This document shows, piece by piece, positions 9,482-15,934 of a stretch of 64,000 bases of DNA; positions within the stretch are counted from its first letter, which is position 1; each line of letters begins with the position of its first letter. A program made the translations under genes and the position numbers. Origin of the DNA: an uncultured Bacteroidales bacterium (GTDB taxonomy: Bacteria > Bacteroidota > Bacteroidia > Bacteroidales > CAIWKO01); the NCBI GenBank assembly GCA_964469155.1, contig CAYXXU010000002.1, forward strand, positions 26,365 through 90,364. The letters are read 5' to 3'. The notes beneath the pieces are model-generated. The model did no database searches, had not been told where the DNA came from, and saw only the letters and a list, made by a program, of their open reading frames with translations.

Positions 9482-9658
9482 GGGTATTTTTTATTTCGAT
9501 GGTAAAAAGGAAGTTTTTAGTGGTGGAAAACAGTTTTGGATAGGCGATAGATAGGTTTTTAAATTATTCTTTGAAAAAATTACGCAAATTTGAAGCAAAA
9601 CTCAATTTTGTCCTGCTTTGAAAAAAATAATTGAACAACATCATCTCAAAAATTAACT

Positions 9659-9666
9659 TATATTTG
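9659..9666 (+). promoter_or_regulatory. Bacteroidota -7 box (TAnnTTTG) upstream of the WYL gene
   Basis: tatatttg matches TAnnTTTG, 33 nt upstream of the ATG at 9699. No clean -33 TTTG was seen. Confidence 0.45.
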
Positions 9667-9698
9667 TGCATACAAACCATAATTAATGTCCCGTTATT

Positions 9699-10700
9699 AT
9701 GTCAATTAACAAAAAAGCCCTGATACGGTATTATACCATTGACAGATGCCTTAATAATCCGGGAAGGAAATACTTTGTAGAAGATCTTTTAGAGGCAGTA
9801 AATTTTGCTTTAGAGGAAGAGGGTATAAAGGAAGGCATTAAACGCCGGCAATTGTTTGATGATCTGAATTTCATGGAGCTGAACTGGAGTGCGCCCATTG
9901 AAAGATATCCTGATGGCAAAAGAAAGTTTTACAGGTACGAAGATTTAAATTTTTCCATTAACAATCAGCCACTGAATCAGGCTGAAATAAATAAACTTAA
10001 AGATGCTATTGCAATAATTGCCCGATTTAAGGGAATGCCACAGTTTACCTGGGTAGAAGAAATTCTAACAAAGATTAATTATGGTTTAGGAGTTAATGGC
10101 CCTTCACAGGCAATCATCAGTTTTGATAGCAACGAGTATTTGAAAGGAATTGAACATTTGGGAACCCTTTTCGATGCAATAATTTATAAAAAAGTGCTTA
10201 ACATTGACTACCAACCCTACAATACCGAAAAGCCTTTAACATTATCCCTTCATCCGTATTTCTTGAAACAATATAATAATCGCTGGTTTTTGTTTGGGTT
10301 GAACGATGAGTATAATAAGATTACAAATTTAGCTCTGGATAGAATCCAAAGTATTCAGGAGATGAAAGGTAAATACAATGACGAACAAATGCCTGACTTT
10401 AATGAATATTTCGAAGACATAATTGGTGTTACCAAACCTGATGATGGAGTGATTGAGAAAATTGAAATTAAGGTTTCTACTTTACGCTCATCCTATGTAA
10501 AGTCAAAACCCATACATGGTTCCCAGAAAAAAATAAAAGAGGATGAAACCGGATATTATTTTTCAATTGAAATAATTCCAAACAAAGAATTTTACCAGCA
10601 GGTCTTATCATTTGGGTCTGATTTGGAGATCATAAGGCCTGATAAAATAAGAGGCATTATTAAAAACATGCTTAATGAGAATCTAAAAAACTATAAATAA
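9699..10700 (+). CDS. WYL-domain transcriptional regulator
   Basis: 333 aa. N-terminal wHTH-like segment (ALIRYYTIDRCLNN...). Central WYL-type motif YNNRWFLFGLND followed by a C-terminal WCX-like region. Confidence 0.8.
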   Translation: MSINKKALIRYYTIDRCLNNPGRKYFVEDLLEAVNFALEEEGIKEGIKRRQLFDDLNFMELNWSAPIERYPDGKRKFYRYEDLNFSINNQPLNQAEINKLKDAIAIIARFKGMPQFTWVEEILTKINYGLGVNGPSQAIISFDSNEYLKGIEHLGTLFDAIIYKKVLNIDYQPYNTEKPLTLSLHPYFLKQYNNRWFLFGLNDEYNKITNLALDRIQSIQEMKGKYNDEQMPDFNEYFEDIIGVTKPDDGVIEKIEIKVSTLRSSYVKSKPIHGSQKKIKEDETGYYFSIEIIPNKEFYQQVLSFGSDLEIIRPDKIRGIIKNMLNENLKNYK

Positions 10701-10766
10701 TTATGCTGTGCAGGTTGAGTGCACAGTTGCTGTTTTACTTTGCATCATCAAAAAAATAGAAGTATT

Positions 10767-12305
10767 ATGATAAATAAATTTAGCATCGAAAATTTTAAGG
10801 TTTTTAATGAGAAAACAGAATTTGAGTTTGCCCCAATAACCATATTGACCGGACCTAATAATTCAGGAAAAAGTTCGTTGACTAAAAGTGTAGCAGCATT
10901 ACTCAATTCGCAAAAAGATGATGTTTTCAAGGGAATTGATTTGCATTCTCCTATTATACCACTTGGAGATTTTAAATCAATAAAAAACAGAGAAAATCCT
11001 GATTCTCATATAAAAATGACATTACAATTGTCTGATAATGATCCTTGGGAATTTCGTTTTTATTATTGTTGTAGTTATCGTGTGCCTTTTTGGGGAGATA
11101 TTACTGAATTGGATATATATGCAGAATTGGATAAATTAGAAATTACCCAAGAGGGTATGGTTTTATTAGAATTTGAGAATACGATAGGGGATGGTCGATT
11201 ATTTTATACTAATATAAATTTTGATAATTCTTTGGAATACTTTAGAAAAAAAGGATGTCCTAATGCAAACAAATTATACAAATTAATCCAAAAACATGAG
11301 ATAAAAATTAAGCTGCCAGGTTGCGAGTTCGATCGAACTAAAACCAAGGGGTTTGTCACTCATTTTACAGATCGGGTTATTGAACATTTATTAAGCTATG
11401 ATCCTGAACCAAAGTCTAAAAAAGTCAAATGCGAAATAGATAAGACAGTATTTTCACAATTTGTTGAACCCTACCAGAACAAAATTAATAATCAAAAGGA
11501 TTATGATCAAATTATCTCTTCAATGGAGAAATTGTATCGTAAAACTATGAAAATTGCTGGTAAATGTATAGAGGATATCCGTTATAATGCAAATGAATTA
11601 AGATATTTACCAATAAACAGGGGCAGTACGAAAAGAAACTTTAACTTCAATTCAGATGAGACCTTAATTGAGAGAATAATTTATTATTTATCTATTTCTT
11701 CTGCTTCAGAAAATTGCAAATTAAATATTTCAGAAATCTTTAATGGCACTAAAAATAAGTTTAATGAAAAGTGGCTTGATTATTTTTTAATCGGGAAAGA
11801 AATTATTATTAAACAAACTGATTCGCCAAATTATAATATATTTATAAAAAATTATAAAGATGAATTGACGCCAATATTTGATGTAGGGCATGGATTGGCG
11901 GGGCTTATTACTTTATTATTTGGGCTTCGGGAATTGGAATTTGGTGGTTTTTGTATAATTGAAGAACCGGAAACCAATTTGCATCCTGCATTCCAATCAA
12001 AACTTGCAGATTTGTTTACTGCTGTTACAAAGAAAATAAAACACCAACTATTGATAGAAACACATAGCGAGTATCTTATCCGTAAGTTTCAGTATTTGGT
12101 TGCGCAAGGAGAAATGAAACCGGAAGAAATTGTGATTTATTATTTTAATGACCCCAGCAATATTCCGGAAGGGGAAGAACATGTGAAGAAGATTATGATA
12201 GAAAAGGATGGAAGTCTTTCTGATAATTTTGGGGCAGGTTTTTTTGATGAAGCCACTAACTTAAAATTTGATTTACTTAAACAAAAAAGGCCTAATAATA
12301 ATTAA
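10767..12305 (+). CDS. ABC/OLD-type ATPase (AAA_21-like, DUF3696-like tail)
   Basis: The start is taken at MINKFSIENFKVF (an in-frame ATG at 10719 is less likely). Walker A GPNNSGKSS lies at residues ~30-38. After a long insert come Walker B/D-loop CIIEEPETNLHP and H-loop IETHSEYLIRKFQ. The tail is VIYYF...DGSLSDNFGAGFFDEA. Confidence 0.85.
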   Translation: MINKFSIENFKVFNEKTEFEFAPITILTGPNNSGKSSLTKSVAALLNSQKDDVFKGIDLHSPIIPLGDFKSIKNRENPDSHIKMTLQLSDNDPWEFRFYYCCSYRVPFWGDITELDIYAELDKLEITQEGMVLLEFENTIGDGRLFYTNINFDNSLEYFRKKGCPNANKLYKLIQKHEIKIKLPGCEFDRTKTKGFVTHFTDRVIEHLLSYDPEPKSKKVKCEIDKTVFSQFVEPYQNKINNQKDYDQIISSMEKLYRKTMKIAGKCIEDIRYNANELRYLPINRGSTKRNFNFNSDETLIERIIYYLSISSASENCKLNISEIFNGTKNKFNEKWLDYFLIGKEIIIKQTDSPNYNIFIKNYKDELTPIFDVGHGLAGLITLLFGLRELEFGGFCIIEEPETNLHPAFQSKLADLFTAVTKKIKHQLLIETHSEYLIRKFQYLVAQGEMKPEEIVIYYFNDPSNIPEGEEHVKKIMIEKDGSLSDNFGAGFFDEATNLKFDLLKQKRPNNN

Positions 12306-12313
12306 GTTCTACT

Positions 12314-13330
12314 ATGCTCGACATTATTTTAGATAAAGACTTTCTAACGGCTTTCCCTGTTGGCTCGGATAATATTTATTGCCTTGATTTTATTAAGTTT
12401 TTAAAAAAGATCAGGAAATACAGGCTTATCACGAATTTTTCTTCGGTTAATGAGATGAAAATGTCTGCTTGCTTGCCCTTAATTGAATATTTAATTGACG
12501 GCAAGCCACCAGAAATTATTAAATTCTGTGAAATTGACAAGTATATAAATGATGAGGTTATTAATGGAATTGACAAAACATATCCGTTTAAACTTTTTTT
12601 AGTCGAGATGGATTATTCACAACAACGTATTGATTATGGGTTTGAATTTATTAATAGTTCAAATTTACCAGAGCGATGGAAAATATATTACAGTGAAAGA
12701 GAGGATAAAAAGCGTAAAGTAACAAATAGTGAAATAGATGAAATCGTAAAATTTGATTCCTGGAGCAAGTTAAAAGAATACGATCATCCATTTAATAGTC
12801 TTATTATTTTTGATCTATATTTACTTGGCGATAAAGATGGACAAAAAATCAATGATAATCTGTTCCCTTTATTAGAAAATCTTTTAGAGGGGAAAAATCT
12901 TAAAAGTGAATTGCATATTACTATAATTACTGAATATTTTAAAGATAAAATAGAATTAATACATAATCGTATTTCAGAATTTGTTAGTAAAATTAATGGC
13001 GTTAAGAAATTCAATCTTAACATTATCAAGCATGATAAAAGGTTTTATCCAAGAAATTTTCAAGATCTAAAATTCAGAAGGATCTATACGAATTATTTGG
13101 TTATTGAAGAGGAGAAAGGGTTTAATTGTTTTAAGAAAAAAAATGAAACAGGTCTCATTCATAATATTGGGTTTAGCTACATAACTGATCCATTTACTAA
13201 TTGCACACTAAAAACAGAAATTGATCTTATAAAAAGATATGTTGAAAAGGTACAAAATAGGCCTGTTTCACAATATCTTAGTGAAGAAATTAATTTTTTT
13301 AATAATAAAAACAATCGTCTTTTAAATTAA
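12314..13330 (+). CDS. Orphan 338-aa partner protein of the ATPase (function unknown)
   Basis: It starts 8 nt after the ATPase stop on the same strand. There is no signal peptide or TM segment. Only weak motif resemblances were seen (LFLVEMD ... LLGDKDG; KHDKRF...RRIYTNY). Confidence 0.7.
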   Translation: MLDIILDKDFLTAFPVGSDNIYCLDFIKFLKKIRKYRLITNFSSVNEMKMSACLPLIEYLIDGKPPEIIKFCEIDKYINDEVINGIDKTYPFKLFLVEMDYSQQRIDYGFEFINSSNLPERWKIYYSEREDKKRKVTNSEIDEIVKFDSWSKLKEYDHPFNSLIIFDLYLLGDKDGQKINDNLFPLLENLLEGKNLKSELHITIITEYFKDKIELIHNRISEFVSKINGVKKFNLNIIKHDKRFYPRNFQDLKFRRIYTNYLVIEEEKGFNCFKKKNETGLIHNIGFSYITDPFTNCTLKTEIDLIKRYVEKVQNRPVSQYLSEEINFFNNKNNRLLN

Positions 13331-13441
13331 TTTTCATCTTAATGGCTGTTTATAAAGTCATTTCCAGTTTTATTTTTTACACGGCTCATTAATTGCAAGC
13401 ATCGGTAATATTTTCGTACTTTAAATAAAAAACAAATTCTT

Positions 13442-13636
13442 ATGAGCAGTTTTAGCGATATGATGTTTGATGATGGATTTTCTGATCCACAAGAATATAT
13501 GGATTATCTTGAAGAAAAGGCATTAGGGCGTGACTATTCATCAGGTTGTCGCCATTTTTATAGGTCTAATGATAACTATGATTTCGAAGCTGGTGATTAC
13601 TCTGACGATCATGATGATATGGATGATGAGTTTTAA
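13442..13636 (+). CDS. Very acidic 64-aa protein (hypothetical)
   Basis: 20 of 64 residues are D/E against 4 K/R, with a C-terminal DYSDDHDDMDDEF. The ORF is short and no RBS or promoter evidence was seen. Confidence 0.4.
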   Translation: MSSFSDMMFDDGFSDPQEYMDYLEEKALGRDYSSGCRHFYRSNDNYDFEAGDYSDDHDDMDDEF

Positions 13637-13835
13637 AAACTCATAGTTTAGTCAAAATTCCAACCTTGTTCCTCCAATTCTTTCATTCTGATTAATCTAC
13701 TAGGTACTGGTTCAGATATTTTTTAGCATGGCTGAAGCAACTCCTTAGATGACAAAAAATATTTTCACTGAATCGAAAAAATACCTTTCCGTTTTGAAAA
13801 TGTTTCTTACCGATGCAGACAAACAAGTCATTTGC

Positions 13836-14118
13836 GTGTGAAATTTTTCTGCTCAGTTGAGGAAATGTCCTGCATAGTTGCAAGAATTTTCTACTGAGAT
13901 GCAGTAATGTTTTACTGCGTTGCAAGAATTTGCTGCTCAGTTGCAAGAATTTACTGCTCAGTTGCAAGAATGTACTGCACAGTTGCAAGAATGTACTGCT
14001 CAGTTGCAAGAATGTACTGCTCAGTTGTAAGAATTTACTGCTCAGTTGCAAGAATTTACTGCTCAGTTGTAAGAATTTTCTGCTCAGTTGTAAGAATTTA
14101 CTGCTCAGTTGCAAGAAT
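13836..14118. repeat. 21-bp tandem array A (about 13.5 units)
   Basis: Units are in exact 21-nt register from 13836. Consensus is ttgcaagaatttactgctcag. The first four units are degenerate and the central ones near-identical. All reading frames are open across it. Confidence 0.95.
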
Positions 14119-14232
14119 GAACACCTACTTTTCAATGCTTAAAAGTCTGTTAATGTGTTTATTCAGTTGCATTTTGTACTAAAGTCCAAAAATGGGGTTT
14201 CAACCGGCCTCGGCCATAAACTTCAACAACGC

Positions 14233-14527
14233 TTAGTTACCCTGGCGGAGTTGATAATACACTTTCTTTGAGTACTGAGTCATTGCGGTGTCTTTTCTTT
14301 ACTCTTAAATGCCTTAAGCCTATAACCTAAACCACAACCTTCACCCTTATCCCTTCCGAATGTGCAGAGAACTCGTTTACAAACACGTGGCACGTGAGTC
14401 CGGATGAAAAATTACCTACTGAGTATAAGGTGTGGTTGTTTGGGGGAGCATCTGGGCTCTATAAAACTTACCTTATCGGTTACCCTGCCGATAAAAAACT
14501 TTGGTTCATGGTGCGCCTGGTAACTAA
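14233..14527. ncRNA. Candidate structured non-coding RNA (class and strand unknown)
   Basis: ORF-poor region with nested complementarity. 14233-14241 ttagttacc pairs with 14519-14527 ggtaactaa, and 14244-14247 ggcg with 14514-14517 cgcc. Inner pairings are 14326-14332 cctaaac with 14438-14444 gtttggg, and a local hairpin at 14473-14494. Confidence 0.25.
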
Positions 14528-14624
14528 AGGAAGTTTGATGCACGAGAGCTATCCTCACATTTTATTTGTTTTCAGATAATCAAAAACTGAACAATGGATA
14601 TTAAGAAACCACGCCTCTGCGAGG

Positions 14625-14665
14625 TGTAATAATAATAAAAAAGGCCGGACAAATTGCCCGACCTT
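14625..14665 (-). terminator. Intrinsic terminator of the sod-DUF2892 unit
   Basis: The minus-strand RNA ggucgggc-aauuu-guccggcc forms an 8-bp stem (two G-U pairs) followed by UUUUUUAUUAUU. On the plus strand the same pairs would be A-C mismatches, so the element is strand-specific. Confidence 0.7.
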
Positions 14666-14687
14666 TTAACCAAAAAAACCAAATCAA

Positions 14688-14927
14688 TTATTTTTCCAAA
14701 ACTTCTTTTGATTCGCAACTTTTGCAATTCTGGCAACAGGTTGTAAAACCAAATGGAAGATATAAGGGACAAAAACTTAAAATGCTTGTCAGCAGAAAAA
14801 TACCTGCAAATACCAGCATTACTATACCCCAGGTGCCGCTTACGACCCCGGTAGCATAAAGGATTATAAAAGCGATTGCGGCTAATGATCTGACAAGTCT
14901 GTCGACTCCGCCCATATTCTTTTTCAT
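14688..14927 (-). CDS. DUF2892 (YgaP-like) small membrane protein
   Basis: Start taken at MKKNMGGVDRLVRSLAAIAFIIL. Two TM helices, and a CPLY motif typical of DUF2892. The longer ORF start would overlap sod. Confidence 0.75.
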   Translation of the reverse strand: MKKNMGGVDRLVRSLAAIAFIILYATGVVSGTWGIVMLVFAGIFLLTSILSFCPLYLPFGFTTCCQNCKSCESKEVLEK

Positions 14928-14937
14928 AATGTATTGT

Positions 14938-15714
14938 TTATTTGTGGTTAATAGCTGTATTATATCTCTCTTCAACTACCTGCCAGTTGATAATATTCCA
15001 GAAAGCACTGATGTAATCAACTCTTTTATTCTGGTATTTCAGGTAGTAAGCATGTTCCCAAACATCCATAGCCAGCAGGGGAGTGCCTCTTTTTTCTGCA
15101 ACATCCATCAGAGGGTTATCCTGATTAGGGGTAGAACTGATGAAGAGTTCCCCGTCTCCATCAACACTCAGCCATGCCCAGCCGCTTCCAAAACGTGTTA
15201 TGCCGGCATTGGCGAAATCTTCTTTAAATTTTTCAAGAGAACCGAATTTTTTAGTAAGCAGATTCATGAAACCTGTCGACATAGCTACCCCGTTGGGTGC
15301 CATATTGTCCCAATAAAGTTCATGGTTATAGTATCCACCACCATTATTTCTTACTCCGGCAGGATATTTACTGATTTCTGAGAATATCTCCGGCAGGGTT
15401 TTTTCTTCCAGAGGTGTGCCACTGACGGCTTTGACAAAATTATCAAAATAAGCTTTGTGATGGCGTGAATAGTGTATCTCCATTGTCATTTTGTCAATGT
15501 AAGGTTCCAATGCATCGTATGCATAGGGTAGGGGTTTAAATTCGAATTTGCCCTGAGGCATGTTTTCCTGTGTGTTCATGATTTTATTGTTTTTTAAATT
15601 AATAGATTGCTGATACGAGCTGTTAAATGAGGTTGGCTGCATCAAGGTGAAGAGCCAAAAACTGATAAAAATATTGATCATTTTAGTTCTATTTAGATTT
15701 TTTCTAAATAGCAA
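14938..15714 (-). CDS. Fe/Mn superoxide dismutase (start uncertain: 15714, 15681 or 15579)
   Basis: The core from FEFKPLPYAYDALEPYIDKMTMEIHYSRHHKAY through DVWEHAYYLKYQNKR is canonical Fe/Mn SOD. A 45-aa upstream in-frame extension contains a hydrophobic stretch. Confidence 0.92.
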   Translation of the reverse strand: MLFRKNLNRTKMINIFISFWLFTLMQPTSFNSSYQQSINLKNNKIMNTQENMPQGKFEFKPLPYAYDALEPYIDKMTMEIHYSRHHKAYFDNFVKAVSGTPLEEKTLPEIFSEISKYPAGVRNNGGGYYNHELYWDNMAPNGVAMSTGFMNLLTKKFGSLEKFKEDFANAGITRFGSGWAWLSVDGDGELFISSTPNQDNPLMDVAEKRGTPLLAMDVWEHAYYLKYQNKRVDYISAFWNIINWQVVEERYNTAINHK

Positions 15715-15934
15715 TTATTATACCACAGCGGCATTAATGAGATTTGTCATTGATTTTGAAGTAAAACAATGACAAACTGAATTATTTATCGGAAATTATG
15801 GCAGAGTTTGGCAAGTTTTATTGTGTAGGCAAATTCTTAACAGGAAGATGTTTGTTTTGGTTGCCTTAGATTTGCCAATAGTAATTTGACTGAGTAAATA
15901 TAAAACGCAAAGTTTAGATATAAAACTTCTTCTC

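Noticed and set aside
10719-10766. Upstream ATG extending the ATPase by 16 aa (MHSCCFTLHHQKNRSI)
   Set aside because: The extension is non-conserved-looking and would displace Walker A from its usual position. MINKFSIENFKVF is the typical N-terminus of this ATPase class.
13836-14118. The possibility that the 21-bp arrays are CRISPR arrays
   Set aside because: The repeats are directly abutting with no spacers and the units are only 21 bp. No cas genes are in the window and no leader-like asymmetry was seen.
13692-14182. Three overlapping ORFs (147, 91 and 70 aa) with heptad-like repeats (FLQLSSK..., CSVARIY..., LLSCKN...)
   Set aside because: They are translations of the 21-bp tandem array A. 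Because 21 nt is 7 codons, several frames on both strands stay open. They have no start context and non-protein-like composition.
14394-14579. 61-aa ORF (MSPDEKLPTEYKVWLFGG...)
   Set aside because: It is isolated, has no promoter box or partner genes, and lies inside the region with RNA-like nested pairing. It may be a pseudogene remnant, but it is not supportable as a CDS.
14180-14630. RNase P RNA, tmRNA, SRP RNA or 6S RNA identity for the structured region
   Set aside because: The P4-like (gagtccgg) and J11/12-like (taagggtgaag) fragments lie on opposite strands and at the wrong spacing. There is no tRNA-like 3' end (GGTTCGAATCC...CCA) or plausible tag ORF for tmRNA. It is kept only as an unclassified candidate.
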